From the IMG/VR virus record IMGVR_UViG_3300020578_000017, positions 52,450-116,449 of that record: 64,000 bases of DNA; one strand, written 5' to 3'. This DNA is from a virus. Every line of letters begins with the position of its first letter. The first letter of the stretch is position 1. The position numbers and the translations under genes are program-made. Below are positions 30,501 to 39,181 of the stretch, piece after piece. Below the pieces are notes generated by a model. It was not told where the DNA came from. It did not search any database and was given only the letters and a program-made list of their open reading frames with translations.

Positions 30501-31143
30501 TTAGTTCACCTAAAGTTGAAGTTCCTGTTACTGATAAGCTGTTCTGAACAACAAGACCAGATAGAACTGTATCGCCAGATACTACTAGAGAGTCTGTAGT
30601 TGTAGCACCATCTACTGAAATACCACCTAGTAAACTAGATGAACCTGATACAGTTAGTGTACTCCCTAAAACAAATGGGTTTTGAAAGTTTAAATAACTG
30701 CTTAAATCTACAGTTAAGCTCCCACCTACAACCAAATCACCAGATAATACAGTATTTCCTGTAACTGCTAGGTTATCTAATGTGGTTCCAGTAAGAGTTA
30801 CCCGTACTTTTTCTGTATCATTAACATAGATAGAAGTAAAATCATTCCTGGAGGCTACTAAAAAGTCTGCACTAGTTTCTATACCAGACACAGGTAAACT
30901 TGATACTAAAGAATTTCCAGTATTAAGTACTGAATAGGAAGCTCCACCATTATTTGAGAAATTTAGTACGGAAGAAACAACATTGGTATTATCTTCGCCA
31001 ACTTTAATAAACAGAGTTCCTTTTTTAAGAAGCTCTGTATTTGTGGTTACTGAAAATATAAAGTCTTCAGGATTCCAATCACCAGATACAGAAAGTACTT
31101 CTAACTCTACTTCTGGCGAATTGTAGACATATTCGTTGGGCAT
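27562..31143 (-). CDS. tail fibre/appendage protein (anchor A, body Y) with about eight Fn3-like modules
   Basis: 1193 aa; beta-repeat shaft (LEVSG..TL..TLVVSG) followed by repeated ASW..V..YQYQ..W..YFFVR modules. Confidence 0.7.
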   Translation of the reverse strand: MPNEYVYNSPEVELEVLSVSGDWNPEDFIFSVTTNTELLKKGTLFIKVGEDNTNVVSSVLNFSNNGGASYSVLNTGNSLVSSLPVSGIETSADFLVASRNDFTSIYVNDTEKVRVTLTGTTLDNLAVTGNTVLSGDLVVGGSLTVDLSSYLNFQNPFVLGSTLTVSGSSSLLGGISVDGATTTDSLVVSGDTVLSGLVVQNSLSVTGTSTLGELISSGDLDIQGNAYVSGDLIVGGMIYADLGTTIDLNSPVILGNTLEVSGSATLDSTLVVSGLTTTSGLVVQNDVDVTGNVTVTGDLTVLGNIISDSISAPFDPSLPIILGSTLNVSGSTVLESNLEVSGATTLESTLVVSGLTTTSGLTVLNTLDVQGNVTVTGNVTIEGNITASNLGGIDPNLPIEFGSTLTVTGNTNLLGNLNVSGLTTTSGLLVKNNIISSGTVLADGFTSYISTGSSINTDTFYAPLVNLSIAEQDNFTSLTLLIAQDGGSSDSDRNSALLHFRIKQQNEMQTVYVTPPDTVTLSEDGEASWSSVAEATSGYQYQFTNNAVPDENDWSVTSNLTISENISSFGGQTVYFFVKSFGGISYSSDSVYVNFAAPVTVVLDENGDASWSSVTNAPGYQYQLSTISTATGTWSSQVVTTSVTGLSLSGFTGTVAYLHVRVTDSTNSSFDSTYIPFSAPTGIILTVDGEASWFAVTDATNYQYQYSTSSTPEILDEDWTTTTNLYSSEDISSNAGDEVFVFVRVSGSANNYGSDSAVAAGVPTNLVFNTYTSGISWDMVPGSHLVGGYKYKVTTNSDADIAPEVWVTTPTESNNVMLDSFSAGQTVYLHVKVANSEVYASTSSSMPSALTSVLLDTDSRTATWNEPISGLSYQYQVNQSTSPNAMAWVAVIGIQPISLNLSQYASSAQVYFHVRASGLTATASYDDDTMPVVTIDPATGEANWDIIPGANGSYEYQVSTTSAPMVGMWTATDNPPETVSLASITEGQTFYFFVRASGGSFYNFTSALKPASVVSGLSINVGLSSATGNWTYNPDVLYQYQFASSSTPNEGSWQNTQYSGPPVMGSSMLVSQGQLLYFIVQRNNTPSSRSSISGARPYYSAPTNVTFNSTGYATWDQVIGASSYQYQIGTSSTPTGAVWTTPPFSFPPSVQTDVSSYNGQTVYFFVRVTDSINYGSASALINTGMGGGGGAPM

Positions 31144-31178
31144 AGTATCTACTAAACCATTCTAAAGGCAATTAAAAA

Positions 31179-34100
31179 CTAAATAAAAATATCAGAAAGG
31201 TCTATTGTAGTTGTTTCTGACTCTATCGCTAAACCTGGTCTTACTGTTGAAAAGTCATGATTAGGAGAACTGAAATCTAAGACATCGATGTTTTCTGCTG
31301 GAACAACAACTGAATCTGATCCATAGTTTGGAGATGCAGCTACTCTGACAAAGAAATACCAAGTTTGCCCTATGTTTTCAGAAATATCAAAAAATGCTGT
31401 GAGATTTGAAGTGACAGACCAGCCTAATCCAGGTGTACTATCCGTAGAGTACTGATACTCATAACTACTTGCCCCAGAAACCGCAGACCAACTAGCGTTA
31501 CCTAAATCGTCAAGATTTACATTAGAGGGTGCGGGATAGTTTACAAAGACATACTGAGATGTATAAGAAGATGCCGGAACTGTTCTTACAAATACATAAA
31601 ATGTTTGTCCTATATAGCCTGAAATATCTTCAAATGCCTGTAATAACATGGTAGATAACCAAGCGTTTTCATCTGGTGTAGAAGAAGTGGAAAACTGATA
31701 TTGATAACCAGAAGTTGCCCCGGACACAGCAGACCATTGAGCTAATCCTGCTTCACTTAAAGTCAGAGTTCCTGGTGGCTCTGGTAATGCGTCAGCAAGA
31801 GTGTTCTGCTGCTTGACTCTAAGTTGAATGATGGCAGAGTTATGGTTGTTGCCGTCACCTCCACCATCTTGCGAAACCATAAGAGTCATGCTTATAAACT
31901 CACCTTGATCGTCAAGAGAAACCTCAACTACTGGTGCGTAGCTAGCACTTGTACCGACTGAACCACCTGATCCTATATAAGAGTTTAGGCCTTTTGTATA
32001 TAAGTTACCGCTTACAATAGCATCTGAACTTACAAAGATACCACTAGTACTTGTGTCACCCTCAACTAAAAGACTTTGTCTTAATGTTGTAGCACCTGAT
32101 ACTTCTAATGTACTACCTAACACTAAAGGTAGACTTGGATCAAAAGCTGCTGGAATACTATCTGAAATAATACTTCCTAAAACAGTGAGATCGCCTGTTA
32201 CCGTGACATTACCCGTAACATCAACATCGTTTTGAACAACTAAACCACTTAAAGTAGATAGACCAGAGACTACTAATGTATTATCTAAAGTTGTAGCACC
32301 AGAGACTTCAAGGGTTGACCCGAATACTAAAGGTGAGTTAAGATCAATAGTGCTACCTAAGTCAGCAAATATCTGACCATCAACTGTTAGATTACCGGTA
32401 ATTGTTACATTACCTGTTACGTCAACATCATTCTGTACAACTAATCCGCTTAGCGTAGACAGACCAGATACGAACAAAGTAGTGTCTAATGTTGTCGATC
32501 CAGATACTTCAAGAGTTGATTCAAGTATCGTAACACCACTTACGTTTAGCGTTGAACCTAGCGTCAATGGGAGACTTGGATCAAACGATGCTGGAATACT
32601 ATCTGAAATAATACTTCCTAAAACAGTAAGATCCCCTGTTACCGTGACATTACCCGTAACATCAACATCATTCTGTACAACTAATCCGCTTAGCGTAGAC
32701 AGACCAGATACGAACAAAGTAGTGTCTAATGTTGTCGATCCAGATACTTCAAGAGTTGATTCAAGTATCGTAACACCACTTACGTTTAGCGTTGAACCTA
32801 GCGTCAATGGGAGACTTGGATCAAACGATGCTGGAATACTGTCTGAAATAATACTTCCTAAAACAGTGAGATCGCCTGTTACCGTGACATTACCCGTAAC
32901 ATCAACATCGTTTTGAACAACTAAACCACTTAACGTAGATAGCCCAGAAACAACTAATGTACTATCTAATGTTGTCGATCCAGATACTTCAAGAGTTGAT
33001 TCAAGTATCGTAACACCACTTACGTTTAGCGTTGAACCTAGCGTCAATGGGAGACTTGGATCAAACGATGCTGGAATACTGTCAGAGATGATGTTGCCAA
33101 GGACAGTAAGATCCCCTGTTATAGTAACACTACCTGTAACATCAACATCATTCTGTACAACTAATCCGCTTAGCGTAGACAGACCAGAAACTAATAATGT
33201 ACTGTCTAAAGTAGTTGCTCCAGATACTTCTAAAGTATTACCTAATACAACTGGGGAGTTAAGGTCAATAGTGGTACCTAAATCGGCATAAATCATGCCC
33301 GCAACAGTCAAGTCACCTGAGATATAAGTATCACCTTGAATATTCGTGTCATGCTGAACTGTCAAACCACTTGTTGTGGTCAATCCGGATACGACTAAAG
33401 TAGTGTCTAATGTTGTAGAACCAGATACCTCAAGAGTTGACTCTAGTATAGTTACGCCTGATACAGTTAATGTAGACCCAAGAGTCAAAGGTAGACTTGG
33501 ATCAAACGCTGCTGGAATACTATCTGAAATAATATTACCTAGAACTGTCAGGTCACCTGTTATTGTCACATTACCAGTAACGTCAACATCATTCTGTACA
33601 GTCAACCCACTCAGAGTAGATAGACCTGAAACAAATAATGTACTGTCTAAGGTTGTAGCGCCAGATACTTCTAAAGTAGATTCTAATACTGTAACACCAC
33701 TTACATTAAGTGTTGAACCTAACGTTAGAGGAAGACTAGAATCAAATGCTGCTGGAATACTATCTGAAATGATATTACCAAGAACGGTTAGATCGCCTGT
33801 GACAGTAACATTACCAGTAACATCTACATCGTTCTGTACAACTAAACCGCTAAGAGTAGATAAGCCAGATACTACTAATGTTGACTCTAATGTAGTAGCC
33901 CCAGATACTTCTAAAGTTGAACCAAGAACTAAAGGTAAACTTGGATCAAAAGTCGCAGCTATATTATCTGCAATAACATTACCACTGACAATAAGGTCAC
34001 CAGTTATTGAAACACTGCCTTTTACATCTAAATTTGTCTCTACAGTAACACCTGTGTTGATTACCAGGATATTCTGTTCATCTGTACCATCGAAAGACAC

Positions 34101-34559
34101 TACAGCAAAGCTCGTAGTACCGGTAGGTGTTCCTACCCTATACTCAAGGTTAGAAGAACTTACAGCACCAGATGGGACAAACTGAACATAGCTAAAGGTG
34201 TTGTTGTTGGACCGGAAAAGCTTAAGATATACATCAGAGTTATTAGAAGAAGTAATCTCAACTCCACCCTGGCTTTCGACAAATAATCCTGTACCGCTTT
34301 GAACAGTTAAAGACCCCTTTATGGTAACTGAGTTAGCTAAAGAACCACCAGTTCCGCTAAAAGTAAGACTGTTACTGGTAGTAAAGTTACCGGTAGAGTC
34401 AAGAGTAAATATCTTTAGTGCAGCATCTAATGTACCTATTTGAGCATTAGACGCTATCCTAAGGCCATGAATAGAAGCCTCGCCAGCAACATCATCACTG
34501 GGACGAAGTTTTCTGTGAGTGTGGTTTATAAAATAAACTTGATCTAGTTCATTTGCCAT
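31179..34559 (-). CDS. tail fibre/appendage protein (anchor B, body Y) with long repeat shaft
   Basis: 1126 aa; about nine 68-80 aa repeats and two Fn3-like modules; N-terminus paralogous to 34596..37682. Confidence 0.7.
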   Translation of the reverse strand: MANELDQVYFINHTHRKLRPSDDVAGEASIHGLRIASNAQIGTLDAALKIFTLDSTGNFTTSNSLTFSGTGGSLANSVTIKGSLTVQSGTGLFVESQGGVEITSSNNSDVYLKLFRSNNNTFSYVQFVPSGAVSSSNLEYRVGTPTGTTSFAVVSFDGTDEQNILVINTGVTVETNLDVKGSVSITGDLIVSGNVIADNIAATFDPSLPLVLGSTLEVSGATTLESTLVVSGLSTLSGLVVQNDVDVTGNVTVTGDLTVLGNIISDSIPAAFDSSLPLTLGSTLNVSGVTVLESTLEVSGATTLDSTLFVSGLSTLSGLTVQNDVDVTGNVTITGDLTVLGNIISDSIPAAFDPSLPLTLGSTLTVSGVTILESTLEVSGSTTLDTTLVVSGLTTTSGLTVQHDTNIQGDTYISGDLTVAGMIYADLGTTIDLNSPVVLGNTLEVSGATTLDSTLLVSGLSTLSGLVVQNDVDVTGSVTITGDLTVLGNIISDSIPASFDPSLPLTLGSTLNVSGVTILESTLEVSGSTTLDSTLVVSGLSTLSGLVVQNDVDVTGNVTVTGDLTVLGSIISDSIPASFDPSLPLTLGSTLNVSGVTILESTLEVSGSTTLDTTLFVSGLSTLSGLVVQNDVDVTGNVTVTGDLTVLGSIISDSIPASFDPSLPLTLGSTLNVSGVTILESTLEVSGSTTLDTTLFVSGLSTLSGLVVQNDVDVTGNVTITGNLTVDGQIFADLGSTIDLNSPLVFGSTLEVSGATTLDNTLVVSGLSTLSGLVVQNDVDVTGNVTVTGDLTVLGSIISDSIPAAFDPSLPLVLGSTLEVSGATTLRQSLLVEGDTSTSGIFVSSDAIVSGNLYTKGLNSYIGSGGSVGTSASYAPVVEVSLDDQGEFISMTLMVSQDGGGDGNNHNSAIIQLRVKQQNTLADALPEPPGTLTLSEAGLAQWSAVSGATSGYQYQFSTSSTPDENAWLSTMLLQAFEDISGYIGQTFYVFVRTVPASSYTSQYVFVNYPAPSNVNLDDLGNASWSAVSGASSYEYQYSTDSTPGLGWSVTSNLTAFFDISENIGQTWYFFVRVAASPNYGSDSVVVPAENIDVLDFSSPNHDFSTVRPGLAIESETTTIDLSDIFI
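32422..33188. repeat. near-identical 240-bp tandem repeat (about 3.2 units, 80 aa each)
   Basis: the 60-nt lines starting at 32521, 32761 and 33001 are identical; lines at 32461 and 32701 are identical. Confidence 0.95.
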
Positions 34560-34595
34560 ATCTTATCTATCTCTAACATGTAATTTAATTGTATA

Positions 34596-37500
34596 CTAAT
34601 CAGAAAGATACCAAGTATTTCCAATTAAGACACACTTTAACCATTTAAATATCTTCAAGGACTTACCAACAGATAGAGCAGGATAAACCCCAACTGAACT
34701 ATGATCCAAAGGTGCAGATTGAGCATCCCATGGTATGTTGTCAGGATATGCTTCAGTAGAACTAGGCATTTCAATGTAATTTCCAGTAATATATGTAGCA
34801 ACTGGTGCACTTATATTATAAAACTTAAAAAATTGTTTTCCGTTAATGGTAAAATTATAAGAACTTTGTTCTAAAAATAGGTTGTATTCTGTACCGTTTA
34901 AAACATCATCATATGAAGGTAAAAATATAGTGTTTGAATAATAATTTGGAAATTTATAGTTTACATTGGATTCAAAAGTAGGATAAGCATTCGTAGCATT
35001 TGGTGATAAAAATAAGTGATTTTTTTTATTTTTGTTTATTGTAAATTGAAACTCTTCCCCAACATAACTCAATGGGTCACTTGAAGGCTCATTAAAGCTA
35101 TATGTTTCAAAGTTATTATGAAAAAATACATCATCGATTAGATGTGTACTACCGCTTACCGTAACTCCACTATGAAAAACAGCGTCGGTATTTACACTTA
35201 AACCGGATACTGGTGTTATGGTGTTTATGCCAACTTGAGATCCAGTAACCAGAGCTAATGAAACGTTTCCGCTAACTTTAATATTGTCTCTAAAAACTGT
35301 ACCTAAAGCAACATCTACTGGCCCCTCTAAAACAGAACCGAATGGTAAGCCTATACCTAATAAAGCTGATGAATCTGTAGATAAATAAGAAGAAAACTCT
35401 ACATTCAAAGCTGAACCTGAAATTAATGTATCAAAGAATCCATTTTTAGCATATATTCCGCTATTAAAAGTAACGTCTTTTTCAAAAGTAGTTTGACCCG
35501 CAAAGTAGTTTTGGTCATTTATCCCTTCTTGATAAATGCCATAGCCTTCATCTATTATTGCTGTGGATTTCTGAGGTTCAATGTAAATACCATAAGAATG
35601 TATTTCACCCGTGTGAGAACCACTTTTATTAGCTGCAATAGGACTTGCTGCTAATAAAGCTATTCCAGTAAAATTAGCTGAAGGTGATGAAGTAAACTTT
35701 GAATCTGAAGAAGATGAGTTTAATGCGTTTACATAAATACCAACTGTCTTATTTGTGAAGTTTTTAGATCCTGTCTCTATCGCTAACTTTATTGAAAGTC
35801 CAGTAGCCTTAGTTAACTGGGCAAACGGAAAACTTGGCGTTATTGAAGATGGGTTATTATATAAACTTAGGATCGTACCAGAATATTCAGAAATTGTATT
35901 TTCTAAGTTCCAGGTAGTATAAATCTCATGTGATACAGTATTACTACTTGTTAGCGTAGTAAAAAAGCTAGAATTACCCGTAACTCGTAAGCCATTATCA
36001 ACCGAAAATAGATATGAAGTACCATTGAAGTAGTTATGGTCTGTCGATGATGCTTGATAAATACCAATACCAGATGTAACTATTGACCCAGTTTTCTGAG
36101 GTTCAATGTATAAACCATAGGCAATTACAGAACCAGTAGTTCCTGCTTGTCTTGCTGTCACCTTAGGCGATAAAGCTACAAAAGAAATACCACTAAAACT
36201 ATCATTTCCATTAAATGCTGTTGTGGCAGTTGAACTTGCTATGGATTGAGCAGATACCGCTACCATTAGCTCTGACCTGGATGTTGTACCAGAGTTTGGA
36301 GTTAACCCAACATATAATCCATTAACTTGTTTATCATCAGCACCATTATTAGTAGAAGAATCTTTCTTTATAGAAAATACTGTATAGCTTTCTGGTACAT
36401 TCCCAAAAGAGTTAAGCTCTGGCCTGGTTACAAAATGATAGGCAGAAGGATTAGCGTTTATATAACCGTCTAAAATCTTGAAGAAGAAAGGACCATTTGT
36501 TTCTTTTAATAGATTACTGCCACTAATAATCCCGCTAACAAAAGTATTTCCACTTATTGTGGTGTTTCCAGAAATACTTACATTGCTTAAAAAGCTAGCA
36601 GACCCTCTTTGTGTAAGGGCACCAGATAATCCAATGGTTGCACCGCTAGCAACTAACGTGTTAACGACACTGGCGCCAGAAACATTTAGGTTTTGCTGAA
36701 CATTGACAGATGTGCCTGTTGCTGTAAGCGTATTTACAGTAGAAGCTCCACTAGCGCTAAACGAAGAACCTGTAACGTTTAGAGTATTAAAAGTAGCTGA
36801 CCCGCTTACATTAGCAAACGAACCAGTTACATCTAATGTATTTAATGTCGTGTCGCCTAGTACACCGAAGTCACCATCAAGCGTACTGCTTCCTCTGATT
36901 ACAAGTGATTCTAAAGTAGTTAGCCCTGTGACACTTAATGTGCCAGTAATGCTAACGTTATTTTTTACTGTTAAACCAGAAGCTAGAAAATCTCCTGTAA
37001 CATTTACTGTATTTAAAGTACTCAATCCAGATACGTTAGAGTTACCAGAAACAAAGCTATTTCCAGAGACGTTTGTATCCCCTAAAAAGGTAGCGTTACC
37101 TCTTTGAGTAAGCGTACCGGATATAGCAGCATTACCACTTATCGTAGTACCAGATTTAATAGTTACTAAACCTGCTGCAGATACGTTCAAGTAATCAGTG
37201 GTAGAAGTTCCATTATATGAAAGAAGAGAGAAACCAGTGCTACCGTAGTCAAAGCCAATGCTAAACTTGACATTTGCGCTACTCAAAGATCCGCTTGGTA
37301 TAAAGTTGACAACAGCCCGCTCAGAATTTGTAAAGCGAGTCAGGTCAATCAAAGTATCTGATGAGTCATCACCAATTACTCTTATGCCTTGTTGCGCTCT
37401 GACAAATAAACCGGATCCGCTTTCTACAGAAAGACCACCCTCTACCTTGACTAGATTACTCGTTGCTCCAGTTTCGCCTTTGAAAACCAGGCTGTTGCTG

Positions 37501-37682
37501 GTCTTGATATTTCCGGTACTGTCTAGTCTAAATAGCTTAAGAGCTGCATCTGCTGTTCCTATTTGAACATTAGATGCAACAGACAAACCATGAACGGAAG
37601 CTTCACCCTGAAGATCATCGCTGGGCCTTAGCTTTTTGTTTACGTGGTTCGTAAAATATACGGGATCTATTTCTTTAGACAT
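34596..37682 (-). CDS. tail fibre/appendage protein (anchor B, body X)
   Basis: 1028 aa; SG-rich beta repeats; two YG.YIEPQ..G.GIYQ....D.NYF modules shared with 24443..27541. Confidence 0.7.
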   Translation of the reverse strand: MSKEIDPVYFTNHVNKKLRPSDDLQGEASVHGLSVASNVQIGTADAALKLFRLDSTGNIKTSNSLVFKGETGATSNLVKVEGGLSVESGSGLFVRAQQGIRVIGDDSSDTLIDLTRFTNSERAVVNFIPSGSLSSANVKFSIGFDYGSTGFSLLSYNGTSTTDYLNVSAAGLVTIKSGTTISGNAAISGTLTQRGNATFLGDTNVSGNSFVSGNSNVSGLSTLNTVNVTGDFLASGLTVKNNVSITGTLSVTGLTTLESLVIRGSSTLDGDFGVLGDTTLNTLDVTGSFANVSGSATFNTLNVTGSSFSASGASTVNTLTATGTSVNVQQNLNVSGASVVNTLVASGATIGLSGALTQRGSASFLSNVSISGNTTISGNTFVSGIISGSNLLKETNGPFFFKILDGYINANPSAYHFVTRPELNSFGNVPESYTVFSIKKDSSTNNGADDKQVNGLYVGLTPNSGTTSRSELMVAVSAQSIASSTATTAFNGNDSFSGISFVALSPKVTARQAGTTGSVIAYGLYIEPQKTGSIVTSGIGIYQASSTDHNYFNGTSYLFSVDNGLRVTGNSSFFTTLTSSNTVSHEIYTTWNLENTISEYSGTILSLYNNPSSITPSFPFAQLTKATGLSIKLAIETGSKNFTNKTVGIYVNALNSSSSDSKFTSSPSANFTGIALLAASPIAANKSGSHTGEIHSYGIYIEPQKSTAIIDEGYGIYQEGINDQNYFAGQTTFEKDVTFNSGIYAKNGFFDTLISGSALNVEFSSYLSTDSSALLGIGLPFGSVLEGPVDVALGTVFRDNIKVSGNVSLALVTGSQVGINTITPVSGLSVNTDAVFHSGVTVSGSTHLIDDVFFHNNFETYSFNEPSSDPLSYVGEEFQFTINKNKKNHLFLSPNATNAYPTFESNVNYKFPNYYSNTIFLPSYDDVLNGTEYNLFLEQSSYNFTINGKQFFKFYNISAPVATYITGNYIEMPSSTEAYPDNIPWDAQSAPLDHSSVGVYPALSVGKSLKIFKWLKCVLIGNTWYLSD

Positions 37683-37727
37683 TATAAGTCAGTATTACAC
37701 ACCTAAATAATACTGATCATAAACAAC

Positions 37728-38309
37728 CTAAGAACCGCTACAAGCTGCAATCAAAAAGTTATGAAATCTTTCTCGCGACAGCAAGCCCTTGCTCTTGATG
37801 TCAATATCAAGCTCACATAAACCGTTGAGAATCTTAACTATCCTCTTTAACGAGTATCCGCTGATATACTTTTCTAGATTAGAAAACTCAAAGTGGCTTA
37901 TTCCCATCGACTCTCTAATGTGATGATCTTCCAGGTTCTTGTTTTTCTTTACGATAAAAACAAAAGCTTTGTCTAGCCACTTGAAGTAATAGTTTGCGAA
38001 AGATAAAAGAAATCCTTCATCCTGTATTTTATTGAACTCTTCCAGGCAAGCTTTGGTATTTTGCCCACCAATAGATTTAGTAAGCTTAAGGTATGTATCG
38101 AAGCTTCTCTTTACGAATAAATCTTCGAGGTCTCTAATATTGATTGATGTATCTATATCAAGAAGAAGATCTATCTTGTCTGCTGCTTTCTGCAGAAGAA
38201 CATCATTGTTTCCTATAAAAGAGACAATCTTTTCAAGTTGGTATTCTGGTAACGTTCTACCCAACTCAGATAGCTTGTTACGTAATAACTCTTTTGGCGC
38301 TGCACTCAT
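37728..38309 (-). CDS. holA: DNA polymerase III delta-like subunit (C-terminal part)
   Basis: LEKIVSFIGND..ADKIDL and LNGLCELDIDIKS resemble HolA lid/collar; coupled to holB. Confidence 0.55.
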   Translation of the reverse strand: MSAAPKELLRNKLSELGRTLPEYQLEKIVSFIGNNDVLLQKAADKIDLLLDIDTSINIRDLEDLFVKRSFDTYLKLTKSIGGQNTKACLEEFNKIQDEGFLLSFANYYFKWLDKAFVFIVKKNKNLEDHHIRESMGISHFEFSNLEKYISGYSLKRIVKILNGLCELDIDIKSKGLLSRERFHNFLIAACSGS

Positions 38310-39181
38310 AACGGTACTGAACCTAGCTTAAGCTTTAGGATTAAAGTCTTTAGATGAAGATCTTTATTGTAAAAGTTAGGGACATTTTTAATCAAGTCTC
38401 TAAAGCATATGATTGCAAAAACTGCAAAGTCAAAGCTATACCTATCTAGCCAGTTTTTATACTCGTCGATAAGGTCCGTGTTTACAACTAAATCTGTCTG
38501 TCCCTTGAAAACTTTAATTAAGTCATAAAGTAAGTTTAGTCCAATAGAGACAAACTCTTCCGTATTGTCTTTTAGCTTTTCTGGAACTGTTAGATTATCT
38601 TCAGTAATAAACTTTACTTCACTTAAAAATGACCAGACAAGATTACGGCTTTCGATAAAGTTACCAGAAGCGACTTCATCTGCTGTTTTGAATGAACCGT
38701 TTGCTATTTTTGCATAATGCTCATTCCAAAGATTGTACTTGTTTTGAAGATAGCTTGAAATAGATTCTTCTGTCAGCAAGTTGAACTCAAGCGTAACGCA
38801 CCTGGAGTAGATCGGATAAGATACTTTATCAGACTCTTTAGCGGTAAGTATGAAGTAGACTCCAGGCTTTGGATCTTCTAAGCTTTTTAGTAAGATAGAC
38901 GCTGATGGTCCTGTAAGCTTATCTACCTCGGCTATTAAGAAAACTGCCGAGGTATTCTCACGGTATAGCTTTAGTAGCTCTCTAACTTGATTGACTTTGA
39001 AGGAACCGTCTTCTGGATAGAACTCATAAATATTAAGAGAAATATGCTTGGCAAGCTCTCTTGCTGTAGTTACTTTTCCAACGCCATCTGGTCCGCAAAA
39101 CATCATCGTAGGAGGAAGATTAGTAATCCTGCTCTCTAAGAATTGTTTTACTTCGTTTTGTCCTAATATATCCATAATCAA
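38306..39181 (-). CDS. holB: DNA polymerase III delta-prime-like subunit
   Basis: DILGQ, GPDGVGK, FKVNQVREL, LLKSLEDP, FILT, IYSRC; lacks the Zn-Cys cluster. Confidence 0.8.
   Translation of the reverse strand: MIMDILGQNEVKQFLESRITNLPPTMMFCGPDGVGKVTTARELAKHISLNIYEFYPEDGSFKVNQVRELLKLYRENTSAVFLIAEVDKLTGPSASILLKSLEDPKPGVYFILTAKESDKVSYPIYSRCVTLEFNLLTEESISSYLQNKYNLWNEHYAKIANGSFKTADEVASGNFIESRNLVWSFLSEVKFITEDNLTVPEKLKDNTEEFVSIGLNLLYDLIKVFKGQTDLVVNTDLIDEYKNWLDRYSFDFAVFAIICFRDLIKNVPNFYNKDLHLKTLILKLKLGSVPL

Noticed and set aside
32422-33188. CRISPR array or DGR template/variable repeat
   Set aside because: Units are 240 bp, in frame and contiguous with no spacers; differences are mostly synonymous rather than adenine-specific, and no reverse transcriptase is in the window.
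29807-37566. Long plus-strand ORFs opposite the fibre genes
   Set aside because: Antisense shadows of repetitive Val/Ser/Thr/Gly codons with no RBS or motifs.
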